Shown one piece after another: positions 27,801 through 38,067 of a stretch of DNA of 64,000 nt. Positions within the stretch are counted from its first letter, which is position 1. Each line of letters begins with the position of its first letter. Below the pieces are notes generated by a model, which saw only the letters and a program-made list of their open reading frames with translations, was not told the origin of the DNA and searched no databases. This DNA is from a bacterium (lineage in GTDB: Bacteria; Zhuqueibacterota; Zhuqueibacteria; Residuimicrobiales; Krinioviventaceae), in the NCBI GenBank assembly GCA_963693055.1, contig OY843751.1, positions 4,896,001-4,960,000 of the forward strand, written 5' to 3'. A program made the translations under genes and the position numbers.

Positions 27801-28730
27801 ATGAGTAATGTATTGGTAGTTGGATCAATGGCTTACGATTCTGTAGAAACCCCGCAGGCCAAAGTAGATCGTGCCCTGGGTGGTTCAGCCACATTTTTCT
27901 CTGCTGCAGCCGGTAATTTTGCACCGGTTAACCTGGTTGCCGTTGTGGGAGAAGACTTTGATCATAACGACATTGCCTTTTTAAAAGATAAACAGGTCAA
28001 CCTGGACGGCCTCACAACCGAACCGGGAAAAACCTTTTTCTGGGCCGGAAGATACCTGGAAAACATGAACGACCGCGAAACACTAGACACCCAGTTGAAC
28101 GTTTTTGAAAAATTTGATCCGATATTGCCGGAATCCTATCGCAACAGCGAATATGTATTTCTCGCCAACATCATGCCCGAACTGCAGACCAAAGTCGTAG
28201 AGCAGATCAAAAATCCCAAATTTGTTGCAATGGATACCATGAATTTCTGGATCACCGGAGCACTCGATCCATTAAAAACTATTTTATCCAAAGTGGATGC
28301 GCTTGTGATCAATGACTCGGAAGTACAGTTATTATCCGGCAAGAACAATATCTTTACCGGTGCACGTATCATCCAGGAAATGGGTCCCAAAACCCTGATC
28401 ATTAAAAAGGGTGAACATGGCGCAATTCTGGTCCATAATGACAACTATTTCACATGTCCGGCAATACCGGTAGAAAACCTGTTCGATCCCACAGGTGCCG
28501 GTGATACATTTGCGGGTGGACTTATGGGTTATCTGGCAATGACCGATAATGTGAATCAAGAAAACCTGCGTCGCGCCATGATTATGGCAACCACAATGGC
28601 CTCTTTTTGTGTGGAAGCGTTCAGCGTAGATCGTCTCAAAGGCCTTGAAAAAGCAGAGATTCAGGAACGTGTTCACAAGCTGCTCAATCTTATTCATGTG
28701 GAATATGATAACGACTGGGTTAAACTATGA
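27801..28730 (+). CDS. PfkB-family carbohydrate/nucleoside kinase
   Basis: LGGSATF, IKKGEHGA, DPTGAGDTFAGG. Confidence 0.92.
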   Translation: MSNVLVVGSMAYDSVETPQAKVDRALGGSATFFSAAAGNFAPVNLVAVVGEDFDHNDIAFLKDKQVNLDGLTTEPGKTFFWAGRYLENMNDRETLDTQLNVFEKFDPILPESYRNSEYVFLANIMPELQTKVVEQIKNPKFVAMDTMNFWITGALDPLKTILSKVDALVINDSEVQLLSGKNNIFTGARIIQEMGPKTLIIKKGEHGAILVHNDNYFTCPAIPVENLFDPTGAGDTFAGGLMGYLAMTDNVNQENLRRAMIMATTMASFCVEAFSVDRLKGLEKAEIQERVHKLLNLIHVEYDNDWVKL

Positions 28731-29146
28731 GCATAGTTACGGAAACCATTACCGTTTCCACTCGCGGCAATACAGACATTCACGACATTACCCGTCAGGC
28801 CGCAGATAAATTAAAATCCTGTGGATTGACAGCAGGAACCGTTACATTTTTTGTATCCGGTTCTACCGCAGGTTTAACAACGGTTGAATTTGAACCGGGT
28901 TTAATGCAAGACCTGCCCGAGATGTTTGACAAAATTGCCCCCAAAGGTATACCCTATCATCACGATGCCACCTGGGGCGATGGTAACGGCCACTCGCATG
29001 TACGGGCATCATTACTGGGTCCGTCATTAACCGTTCCCTTTGTAAACGGCAGCATGATGCTGGGTACCTGGCAGCAGATCATTTTGATCGATTTTGATAA
29101 CCGGTCGCGTAGCCGCGATATTGTAATGCAAATCATGGGCGAATAA
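28727..29146 (+). CDS. yjbQ: YjbQ (UPF0047) family protein
   Basis: GSTAGLTTVEFEPGL, YHHD..WGDGNGHSHVRASLLGPS, LGTWQQI. Confidence 0.88.
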   Translation: MSIVTETITVSTRGNTDIHDITRQAADKLKSCGLTAGTVTFFVSGSTAGLTTVEFEPGLMQDLPEMFDKIAPKGIPYHHDATWGDGNGHSHVRASLLGPSLTVPFVNGSMMLGTWQQIILIDFDNRSRSRDIVMQIMGE

Positions 29147-29169
29147 ACACCTTAAATAGATTAGGATAC

Positions 29170-29195
29170 AGCCCTGCTTCGGCAGGGCTTTTTTT
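29170..29195 (+). terminator. Intrinsic terminator
   Basis: AGCCCTGC-TTCG-GCAGGGCT followed by a T run. Confidence 0.85.
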
Positions 29196-29198
29196 ACG

Positions 29199-29963
29199 AT
29201 GATAAAGATCAGAAACCTCACATTCTCATTCAACAGCCATGAGGAAAAGCGCACCATCCTAAATAACATTAACCTGGATTTCCATCCGGGTGAATCTGTG
29301 GTTATTATGGGGCCCAATGGCTCTGGAAAATCCACACTGGCGCGCTGTTTGAACGGATTACATATGCCGGATTCCGGTACTGTCTCGGTGGACGGAATGC
29401 TCACTACAGATGAAAAGCAATTGCTCGATATCCGCAGACAGGTGGGCATGGTGTTCCAGAATCCCGACAACCAGATCGTTTCCGCAACCGTCGAACGCGA
29501 GATTGCATTCGGATTAGAAAACCTGGGCATCCCATACGAAGAGATGCGCGAGATCGTGGTCGCTAAACTACACGAATTCGATTTGTATCCCTACCGTACC
29601 CAATCACCGCACTATTTATCCGGTGGAGAGAAACAGCGTTTGGCCCTGGCCGCGGTACTGGCTATGGAACCGGAATACCTGGTACTGGACGAGCCCACAT
29701 CTTTGCTCGATCCCTATAACCGCAAAAGCATTCTGGATATTATTCAGTACCTCAACAAACGTGAGGACAATCCCCTTGCAACCATCCTCATCACCCAATT
29801 CCCGGACGAAGCCCTCACCGCAGATCGATTGGTAATCGTCCACAAGGGAGAAATTTTCATGGACGACAAACCAGACACCATTTTTAAACAGGTAGACACC
29901 CTGCTCGAGATCGGCCTCGAACCCCCGGTGCAGTATGTACTGGAGAGATTGAACAGCTATTAG
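29199..29963 (+). CDS. ecfA: Energy-coupling factor transporter ATPase (EcfA/CbiO)
   Basis: GPNGSGKST, VFQNPDNQIV..TVEREIAFGLENLG, LSGGEKQR, LDEPTSLLDP. Confidence 0.88.
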   Translation: MIKIRNLTFSFNSHEEKRTILNNINLDFHPGESVVIMGPNGSGKSTLARCLNGLHMPDSGTVSVDGMLTTDEKQLLDIRRQVGMVFQNPDNQIVSATVEREIAFGLENLGIPYEEMREIVVAKLHEFDLYPYRTQSPHYLSGGEKQRLALAAVLAMEPEYLVLDEPTSLLDPYNRKSILDIIQYLNKREDNPLATILITQFPDEALTADRLVIVHKGEIFMDDKPDTIFKQVDTLLEIGLEPPVQYVLERLNSY

Positions 29964-30614
29964 CTGACAGCTATCAGTATCTAATTTTCAGTAGTCAGTC
30001 TTCAGTGATCAGAAAAAATCAATGCCTGCACCCTGATCACAACACAGATGTCTGTATCGCGGAATATTATACTGAGACATCCGCCCCTAAAGATTCTCCC
30101 CCTATTCCTGAAACAATCAACAAACCCCATCTGTGTTTCATCCGTGTCGATCCGTGGCTAAATCTTATACCCATGACGGAGAACACTATCGTTTATCTCC
30201 GTCACGATCTAATTTATTCAGTGATCAGAAAAAATCGACGCCTGCACCCTGATCGTGACACAGATGTCAGTATCACGGAACATTATACAGAGACAGTTAT
30301 CCTGTCCATCTGTCGTCGGACAATCCTCAAGTGTGATCTACAAGTTTATTCATTTTTTGTAGAACGAAATTTATTTCGTTTGTACGCCCAAAGTATACTT
30401 GAATTCTATCAAATCCTGATCGCGACACAGATGTCTGTATCGCGGAATATTATCCAGTAACATTTATCCCGAAAAATTATCTCCCCAATTCTTAAAACAA
30501 TCAACAAATCCGATCCGTAGCAAAATCTCAACACACATGACGGGAAACACTATCGTTTATCTCCGTCACGATCTAAATCTTTACTGATCACTGACAACTG
30601 ATAGCTGATAACTG
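29962..30614. repeat. Composite non-coding repeat block: roughly 200-bp units with GATC-headed hairpins, bounded by inverted heptamer-repeat tracts
   Basis: Near-identical direct repeat 30001-30079/30217-30295; family A hairpins at 30035, 30251, 30418; family B at 30171-30209 and 30536-30573; GTAG-headed palindrome GTAGAACGAAATTTATTTCGTTTGTAC at 30359-30385; ends CAGTGATCAG versus CTGATCACTG. Confidence 0.8.
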
Positions 30615-30689
30615 CTTCCCCATCACTACCTTTGCCATATCCAACAGCCAGTTGTCATCAAAGATCCGGAGCAGAACGCTCAAACTATC

Positions 30690-31508
30690 CTACGGCAAAT
30701 CCCCAAATCCGTAAAACTCCAATCCTATCTTTACAGCATGTTTCAAAATCGCTTCCAAAGCATCGGGTGTGATATAATTTTTCGGCCCCTCGGTATCATT
30801 TTCACGTATATCATGCGCGTACAAAACCAGAATCTCGCTGTTCTGTTTCGCACGGTCCATAGCAGCAAAAGCCTGCTTTAATATCTCATCCTCCAGCGAA
30901 TGCGGATGACAACTCGCGCCCGGCAAGGTCATTTTAGCATGCACACTGTCAATGGGAGTGTATAAAAGCGCATTGTCTTTCATCTCTACACCGGACCGTG
31001 AACCGCCCCCGCGCATATAATCAAAATACGCAAACAACGCTGTGTCCGTCACAGTATTCCGATTGGAATTGGGATATGCAAAACACATGGGCTCAAAACC
31101 TTGCTGTTTCATGGCATCCAAAGCAGGCTCTATCTCTTGCGCCAGATATTTCTCCGCCGAATGTTCTTTGATAAACTCGGCGGCTTTTCGGTGCCGCAGA
31201 CCATGACAGCCAATGGTATGACCCTTTCCACGTAAATGCTTTAACGACGCAACCTGTTCAGGCGTCAACTGGTCAAACCGGTCCACAAAAAATGTGCATC
31301 TGGCCCCATATTTTTCAAACAAGGGGATGTGCTTTTCCCAATTGATCATATTCCGGTCATCAAATGTCATCAACACACCGGGAGCATCCAGAGCTATATC
31401 TGCCGAATATAAAGGTAAACAGCTTTTCAAAACCATAACAAACACAACACATGCAGTAAAACAAAGTGTCTTTGCGCCAAACAAATTATAATCACGCATT
31501 CTCATCAC
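30690..31508 (-). CDS. Polysaccharide deacetylase family (NodB/CE4-like) exported protein
   Basis: MTFDD, GARCTFFV, GHTIGCHGLRH, FAYP, LVLYAH. Confidence 0.82.
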   Translation of the reverse strand: MMRMRDYNLFGAKTLCFTACVVFVMVLKSCLPLYSADIALDAPGVLMTFDDRNMINWEKHIPLFEKYGARCTFFVDRFDQLTPEQVASLKHLRGKGHTIGCHGLRHRKAAEFIKEHSAEKYLAQEIEPALDAMKQQGFEPMCFAYPNSNRNTVTDTALFAYFDYMRGGGSRSGVEMKDNALLYTPIDSVHAKMTLPGASCHPHSLEDEILKQAFAAMDRAKQNSEILVLYAHDIRENDTEGPKNYITPDALEAILKHAVKIGLEFYGFGDLP

Positions 31509-32328
31509 TCAATTCTTCCCGGATAAACTTGATTACCTGGGGGTCCGTCCATTGATATCCCATGCGTGCCCAATAATTATAGCCCTCTTCTTTACTACCT
31601 GCAACTATAAGAGCCATATCATAAAAATATCTTTTTGAATGATTTTTCTTGACCAGTTCCTTGGCAGTAAAAGGAGAGTATTGCCTGGCTGTCTTTAATG
31701 CAGTCCGTGCGTTATCTAATTGTTGTAAACGGAAATATGCTAAAACTTTACCATATATAATATCAACCAGTGTATCATCTGGATAATTTTTGCACAATTG
31801 AACAATCTTCTTATAATTCCCCAAGGCAAGATAACATTCTATTAACGCAGACCTTACGCCTTGATTATCATTTGGATTATATTCAATAATTTTTTCAAAT
31901 ACCTCAATTGCATCTCTCCAATTTTGGCAATATAATAAAGTTAATCCTAATCCAAAATACGCCCGTAAAAAGGGCCTGTTATCGGGATACAACCAATCAA
32001 GTTTTCCTTTGAATTTTTTGGGAATTACTCTATTACAAATCACCACAGATTGCATAAAATATTGTTCTGCATTGCCATAATTATTATCATCGAGTTCTGA
32101 ATACCCCAGGTTAGTATAAAAATGAAAAAAATCAGGATAATCTTTCTCAATATGACTAACCAATTCCATAACACCTTCCATATCCCCGGCTTCACCCCTT
32201 CCCTCAGCCTCGATAAGCCTGTCATACAATTCATACCATTTCGGACTGAACACAAACGAACCATACCTGATACCGTCAATGGTTTCTGATTTAAATCTTA
32301 TCAATGGTGTTTTACTCATTTCTATCAA
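31492..32328 (-). CDS. Tetratricopeptide repeat protein
   Basis: LDWLYPDNRPFLRAYFGLG...IIEYNPNDNQGVR; TPR helices; AT-rich. Confidence 0.72.
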   Translation of the reverse strand: MIEMSKTPLIRFKSETIDGIRYGSFVFSPKWYELYDRLIEAEGRGEAGDMEGVMELVSHIEKDYPDFFHFYTNLGYSELDDNNYGNAEQYFMQSVVICNRVIPKKFKGKLDWLYPDNRPFLRAYFGLGLTLLYCQNWRDAIEVFEKIIEYNPNDNQGVRSALIECYLALGNYKKIVQLCKNYPDDTLVDIIYGKVLAYFRLQQLDNARTALKTARQYSPFTAKELVKKNHSKRYFYDMALIVAGSKEEGYNYWARMGYQWTDPQVIKFIREELSDENA

Positions 32329-32419
32329 TCCTTTCTGTATGTAAATACAATTATATTATTACAGTCTGTAACATTATAAAAACATTTTTTTCACTGAAAC
32401 TGACCGCTGAAAACCTTTT

Positions 32420-33301
32420 TTATTTCCTCACCACCACCTTTTTCATCCCTTCCTGCCACCAGTCATCCAATGCCGGGTTACGCAGGCTTCGTATCGCGTT
32501 CCCACCCGATGCTTTGCTCATATCCAACACAGCGGTTATAGTCTCTTCCGTAAACATATCTGCTTCCACAATGATATTACCATCCGGTTTGATGATACGA
32601 CTCTGCCCGTGCGACATCATGGCAGGACTGTTTGCCTGTATAATATAGACATTGTTCTCTACCGCTCGGGCACAGATCTGATAACGATACGGCTCTAGCT
32701 TTTTCTCTGCTTTGACATTAGATTCACTCGATATGTAAAAAACCAGCCTTGCACCCGCCAATACCGGCAATCGAACCAGCTCGGGATAACGTTCGTCGTG
32801 ACATATAATAATGGAACAGGGTATATTGTCAATGTAAAATACAGACATGACCTCACCGGCAACGGCCCAGTCGTCTCCACCTACCAATTGTATCTTGGCA
32901 TAACGTTCTATTATTTTGCCATCAGGATTAAAAACCACCGCGGTATTATAGCGCACACCATTGGAATCAAATGGAGTACCCACAACTGCATAAATATTAT
33001 GTTCATCACATGCTTTTGCAATGTCATCCTCAGCACTTAAAAGCTGTTCGGCTGTCGCGCTGTTGATCACCGCTTTGTCGTATCCTGTAATCACACATTC
33101 CTCAAAAACCACAACACGGACACCCTGTTCAGCACAGGCTGCAATTTTTTCTATAATAGCTTTTGTGTTATCAACTACCGATCCCCGTGTTTGTATCTGC
33201 ACTGCGGCCACATGTAAAAACGGCCCTTCTGTTTCAGCAAAGGCCAATGATAATAGAAAAAAAACCATACAGGCTGAAATAAAAAATCTGTTATTCATCA
33301 T
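32420..33301 (-). CDS. Exported carbon-nitrogen hydrolase (nitrilase superfamily)
   Basis: Signal peptide; Glu-Lys-Cys triad in VFEECVITG, YAKIQL, IICHDERYPE; ARAVEN. Confidence 0.88.
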   Translation of the reverse strand: MMNNRFFISACMVFFLLSLAFAETEGPFLHVAAVQIQTRGSVVDNTKAIIEKIAACAEQGVRVVVFEECVITGYDKAVINSATAEQLLSAEDDIAKACDEHNIYAVVGTPFDSNGVRYNTAVVFNPDGKIIERYAKIQLVGGDDWAVAGEVMSVFYIDNIPCSIIICHDERYPELVRLPVLAGARLVFYISSESNVKAEKKLEPYRYQICARAVENNVYIIQANSPAMMSHGQSRIIKPDGNIIVEADMFTEETITAVLDMSKASGGNAIRSLRNPALDDWWQEGMKKVVVRK

Positions 33302-33421
33302 CCGGATCCTTTCTAAAAGAATTAAACAATGATAACAGATTCTTTATTAAATAGCAAGAGGATTTATAATGCATGTTTCCATTTCTCATGGCTCGGCATG
33401 CATCACAAGCCCCCATTCTAT

Positions 33422-33450
33422 CTGACTACTGATAACTGATTACTGACTAC
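33422..33450. repeat. Heptamer tandem repeat
   Basis: CTGACTA CTGATAA CTGATTA CTGACTA; same family as 30584-30614 and about 44639-44655. Confidence 0.7.
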
Positions 33451-34953
33451 TTAATTATAATCAATCCCACGTCTTTCCAGCAAAGTACCTTCCATCTGGT
33501 AGAGGTTGACCAGTGCGTTCAAATAGTCCACCATGGCACTGGCTTCATCTAGCTGACTGGAGGTATATTCACGCTGTGCCTGTAAAACCAAATAATTTGT
33601 TGACTTGCCCACGCGGAATTTCTCAAGTTCTGCATCCACTTTAAGAGATTGCAGTTCCCGCGTGCTGGTTGTGGCCCCTATCTGTTGGCGTGCACGTTCC
33701 ACTTCAACAAACGCTCCGCGAACATCCCACTCGACGAGTTGTTTCATATTATCGAGAGAAATTTCCATCTGTTCATGCGTCCATTTTGCCCGGGCCAGGC
33801 GTGCGCGTGCCTGACGATTGGGGACCGGAAACTCGAAATTCACGCCCATATTGACATCGTAATAAGGACTGCGAAGTTTGGGCATACTCTGGTCAAAAGA
33901 TTCAGCATAAGTAGAACGGCCTAAGGATATGAAAAAATCCAGTCGTGGCAGCAATCCGTTTTTGGTGCGGGTAATATCCAGTTCGCCTTGCTGTATTTCA
34001 TATTTGGCCTGACGAAGATCAGACCTGAATTCCAATCCCGCTTCTACATGCAATTCAACGGCATCCAAAGTATCTACCGGAATAAAAGGACGGTCAGTGG
34101 GTTGAGGTACAATACCCCAGGTATTCCGAACTGAAGGATTCAGTAAATAAAGAAACCGCAGCCTCGCCTGCTCATAATTACTCTGCGCGTCAATCAATGC
34201 CGATTTACGGGTAGAAACTTCTGCATGCACTGCAGCCAGTTCCAATTCAGGTAAACGCCCCACAGTTACCCTCTCAATGGATTCCTGCAATTGTTTCTCA
34301 GCCAGTTCAAGAGACTGGTGCTGAATATCGATTGCCCGCTTGGCAAGATACAAGCTCCAATACGCATTTTCAACATTGCCAACAGTTTCTTCTGCAACGG
34401 CTTTAAATTCCGCATCCGATATATCCACATCCAAACGGGCATGACGCAAGTCTGCCATGTTCACCCCCAAACCGAATCCGCGTAAAATCGCCTGTGTTAC
34501 GGTTATATTCATATTACCGGTATATTGATCGGTATATATATTGGATATTGAACTGTTTAATGTATAGTTGGCAGAAACATTTGTTCCGGTTGGTAAATTT
34601 TGGGACAAACTCGCTTCATAAACAGCACGTTCTGACAACAACTCGTAAGCTGTTCGCTGTGCACCCAAAAAACGCTGGGTTTTGCTTTCAGTCCGGGTTC
34701 CTCCGGCAGACAATACAGGATCGTATGTGGATTTTTCCTGCATAACAAATGTCTCGGCAATTAGCGGATCTAAACGCTGAATGCGAATAGAGGGATTGTT
34801 ATCTAACGCTATGGTTATTGCTTTTCTCAAATCGAGAAACAAGGTATCATCCTGAGCGGCAATCGTTTCTTTTGTTTCCTGTGACCAGGCTGTCCCGGTA
34901 AGCAAGACCAATAAAATTATATGAAAATATATATTGTTCATCTTTTTCATCAC
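33451..34953 (-). CDS. TolC-family outer membrane efflux protein
   Basis: Signal peptide; AITIALDNNP; VENAYWSL; LLPRLD; KFRVGKSTNYLVLQAQ. Confidence 0.9.
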   Translation of the reverse strand: MMKKMNNIYFHIILLVLLTGTAWSQETKETIAAQDDTLFLDLRKAITIALDNNPSIRIQRLDPLIAETFVMQEKSTYDPVLSAGGTRTESKTQRFLGAQRTAYELLSERAVYEASLSQNLPTGTNVSANYTLNSSISNIYTDQYTGNMNITVTQAILRGFGLGVNMADLRHARLDVDISDAEFKAVAEETVGNVENAYWSLYLAKRAIDIQHQSLELAEKQLQESIERVTVGRLPELELAAVHAEVSTRKSALIDAQSNYEQARLRFLYLLNPSVRNTWGIVPQPTDRPFIPVDTLDAVELHVEAGLEFRSDLRQAKYEIQQGELDITRTKNGLLPRLDFFISLGRSTYAESFDQSMPKLRSPYYDVNMGVNFEFPVPNRQARARLARAKWTHEQMEISLDNMKQLVEWDVRGAFVEVERARQQIGATTSTRELQSLKVDAELEKFRVGKSTNYLVLQAQREYTSSQLDEASAMVDYLNALVNLYQMEGTLLERRGIDYN

Positions 34954-37900
34954 GAATGTCTGGTCCTTTCTTTTTCGAATATTGAATATACCACAGGGAT
35001 CAGCACCAATGTGATGAGTGTTGAGCTCAACAAACCGCCAATCACCACGCGAGCAAGTGGTGCCTGGGCTTCACCACCTTCACCCAAACCAAAGGAAAGA
35101 GGCAGTAAACCTAAAGCTGTTGTCAGAGTTGTCATGATAATAGGACGTAAACGCCGTGCACCGGCTGTTTTAATTGCTTCAAGCAAGGGAACATTATGCT
35201 TGTCACGCAACTGGTTGGTATAATCAACCAGCAAAATTGCATTATTTACCACAATTCCGGCAAGCATAATACACCCTATAAATGCCTGCATGGTAAACAT
35301 GGTACCGGTCAAAATCATGGTCAAGACCACACCAATCAAAGCCATGGGGATGGAAAACAATACAATAAACGGATCTCGAAAAGACTCAAATTGCCCCGCC
35401 ATTACCAGGTATACCAGAAAAATTGCCAGGATCAATCCAAACATGAGCTCACGATACGAGCGTTGCTGCTCTTCATAATCACTTCCAAATACTACAGCAA
35501 AATCACGGGGAACCGGAATTTTCTGCAACTCTTTACGGATATCCGCAACTACAGATCCCATATCACGCTCTGCTATATTGGCATCGATGGAAATTATTCG
35601 TTCCTGGTCTTTTCGCTCAATACGTGCCGGACCTTCTTTGGCTTCGGTACTGATAACATTTCGCAAAATCACCGGTTCACCCCGGTTATTATTCACGGTT
35701 ATATCCATCAGTCCTTCCATATCCTGACGACCTTCACGGTTCAACCGGACCAGTATGCGGTATTCTTTGCCGCCTTCACGATAATAAGACGCATAGGTAC
35801 CACCAATTACAGTTTCAAGAGCTTCTCCAATTCGGGATACGGTTAAACCCAAATCTGCCGCTTTTTGACGATCAATAATCACCAGTTCTTCAGGACTTCC
35901 TTCTTCTCGACTGATACGGGTATCGGTAATACCGTTAACCCGCTGGACGGCCTCATTTACCTGCTGGGCCAGAGCCTGTGCGGTTTCCAGATTGTAACCC
36001 CGGACTTCAACGGTTATACTTTCTGCATCACCCGTTCCCATACGTAATAAAAACAATCCCTGGCCTACACGGGTACGGATGGTTACACCGGGTATACTGG
36101 TTAATTTTTTTCGCAGGTCAATTGCAATATCATCACTGCTGCGTGAACGCTCGGCTTTGGGTACCAGGGTTACGCGGACTTCACCGGTATGCCCACCGGA
36201 TGACCGCCTTCCGCCGCCGCCAACCATAGTCAATACTGATATTTTTTCTGGCACTTCACTGTTTATTATTTCTTCAACCTGTCTTGTAATTTCATCCAAA
36301 ATTTCATATCGGGTGCCCACCTCCATTTCCAGATTCACACGCACCTCGCCTTCATCAGCAGCAGGCATCAATTCCACACCAATGAACCGGATCATAAAAA
36401 CAGACAGGATGAACAATATAGCCATAGAGCCAACCACCCATTTTTTGTGATTGAGGGCTTTTTGTAAAAAGTCCGAATAAAACCCTTCAAAATCCTGAAA
36501 CCATTTTTCGCTTCTATCATAAATCCTTTGTAACAACTTGTGTTCCTTGTCACCAGGTTTACGGAAACGCAAGAATCGGGATGACAACATGGGAATAAGG
36601 GTCAATGCCACAATCAGAGAACATAACAATGAAAAACTAACCACATATGCCATCTGCTGGAACATGATACCAGACATACCTCGAATAAAAATTACCGGGA
36701 AAAACACAACCAACGTTGTCAATGTACTGGCAAGAATTGCTGACCACACTTCTGACGTACCTGTCAAAGCGCTGTTGATAGGATCAAGCCCCTCCTCCCG
36801 GTGTCGGTATATATTTTCCAGCACCACAATGGAATTGTCTACAAGCATACCTATACCCAGCGCAAGCCCGCCAAAGGTGATAATGTTTAGCGTAAAGTCC
36901 CCGAAATACATGAGCGCAAAGGTTGCCACCACAGAGATAGGTATTGCTGTTGCAATAATGGCCGTACTGGAAACATTGCGCAGAAACACAAACAGGATCA
37001 AAATTGCCAGAAAACCACCCACAAGTGTGGAATTACCCACATTATTGATGGAGCGTTTAATATATACCGAAGTATCAATAAGGGGAACCAGTTCAATCTG
37101 AGGTATATCTCTATTGATACGTTCCATTTCTTTTTTCAATTCTTCAGCAGCTTTAACCGTATTGGCGCCGGATTGTTTGTTCACGGATATCCGCAAACCC
37201 GCTTTACCATTCACGCGATATAAACGCCGTATCTCTTCCCAGGAATCGTTAATTTTCGCAACATCACGAATACGAATAGGGGTGCCTTCACGAATAGTAA
37301 TTACAGTATTGCGGATCTGATCCAGGCTGGTAAACTCGCCCTGGGTACGGACCAATACATACATTTTGCCTTTTTCAAGCAAACCTGCCGGTATATTGCG
37401 GTTTTCATTGCGAAGTGCGGTTAGAATATCATTGGGCGATAATCCCAACGATTTCAGCTTTTCCGCCTGCAAATCCACATGGATCTCTCGCATCATTCCA
37501 CCATAGATATTTAATGCCGCCACACCTGGAACCCGCTCAATGCGATATTTCACCTGGTCTTCCACAATTTGACGCAAATCCAGGGGATTCATATTACTCG
37601 ATACACCAAAGATCATGATGGGAAAAGCAGACAAATCGAACTTGCGTATCTGTGGCCGTTCAATATCCTCTGGCAAACGCCTCATAGCCCGGTCCACACG
37701 GTCGCGGATATCATTTGCGGCAACGTCTAAATCGCTGCCCCAGGCAAAAGATACACGAACACGGCTGTTACCTTCTGTAGAGGTAGAGGTTATTTCTTCT
37801 ACACCCTGAACAGCGGCAATAGCCTCTTCTATAGGTCGGGTTACCAGTTCTTCCATTTCCTGGGGACCAATATTACCATAAGAGGTAGATACCGAAATGG

Positions 37901-38030
37901 TGGGATATGTAATTTCCGGCATCAAATCGATGGAAAGACGTGTGAATGATACCATACCAATGGTTATTACAATAATAAATATAATTGAAGTCAAAATGGG
38001 TCGTTGGACCGGCCCTTGAGCAATATGCAT
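34950..38030 (-). CDS. RND efflux transporter permease (AcrB/SwrC-like)
   Basis: IDLMPEITYP, VTRPIEEA, IGMLVDNSIVVLENI, GIVVNNAILLVD, RLRPIIMTTLTT. Confidence 0.96.
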   Translation of the reverse strand: MHIAQGPVQRPILTSIIFIIVITIGMVSFTRLSIDLMPEITYPTISVSTSYGNIGPQEMEELVTRPIEEAIAAVQGVEEITSTSTEGNSRVRVSFAWGSDLDVAANDIRDRVDRAMRRLPEDIERPQIRKFDLSAFPIMIFGVSSNMNPLDLRQIVEDQVKYRIERVPGVAALNIYGGMMREIHVDLQAEKLKSLGLSPNDILTALRNENRNIPAGLLEKGKMYVLVRTQGEFTSLDQIRNTVITIREGTPIRIRDVAKINDSWEEIRRLYRVNGKAGLRISVNKQSGANTVKAAEELKKEMERINRDIPQIELVPLIDTSVYIKRSINNVGNSTLVGGFLAILILFVFLRNVSSTAIIATAIPISVVATFALMYFGDFTLNIITFGGLALGIGMLVDNSIVVLENIYRHREEGLDPINSALTGTSEVWSAILASTLTTLVVFFPVIFIRGMSGIMFQQMAYVVSFSLLCSLIVALTLIPMLSSRFLRFRKPGDKEHKLLQRIYDRSEKWFQDFEGFYSDFLQKALNHKKWVVGSMAILFILSVFMIRFIGVELMPAADEGEVRVNLEMEVGTRYEILDEITRQVEEIINSEVPEKISVLTMVGGGGRRSSGGHTGEVRVTLVPKAERSRSSDDIAIDLRKKLTSIPGVTIRTRVGQGLFLLRMGTGDAESITVEVRGYNLETAQALAQQVNEAVQRVNGITDTRISREEGSPEELVIIDRQKAADLGLTVSRIGEALETVIGGTYASYYREGGKEYRILVRLNREGRQDMEGLMDITVNNNRGEPVILRNVISTEAKEGPARIERKDQERIISIDANIAERDMGSVVADIRKELQKIPVPRDFAVVFGSDYEEQQRSYRELMFGLILAIFLVYLVMAGQFESFRDPFIVLFSIPMALIGVVLTMILTGTMFTMQAFIGCIMLAGIVVNNAILLVDYTNQLRDKHNVPLLEAIKTAGARRLRPIIMTTLTTALGLLPLSFGLGEGGEAQAPLARVVIGGLLSSTLITLVLIPVVYSIFEKERTRHS

Positions 38031-38067
38031 AATCAGAATCCTTTAAATAATGAATTCCTAATGTGGA

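Noticed and set aside
30005-30460. 151-aa ORF
   Set aside because: It is a translation of the hairpin repeats (recurrent PDxxTDVxIxE) with no recognisable domain; probably non-coding.
29962-30614. CRISPR array
   Set aside because: Repeats are degenerate, of mixed type and orientation, irregularly spaced, and the intervening sequences are themselves repeated; no cas genes.
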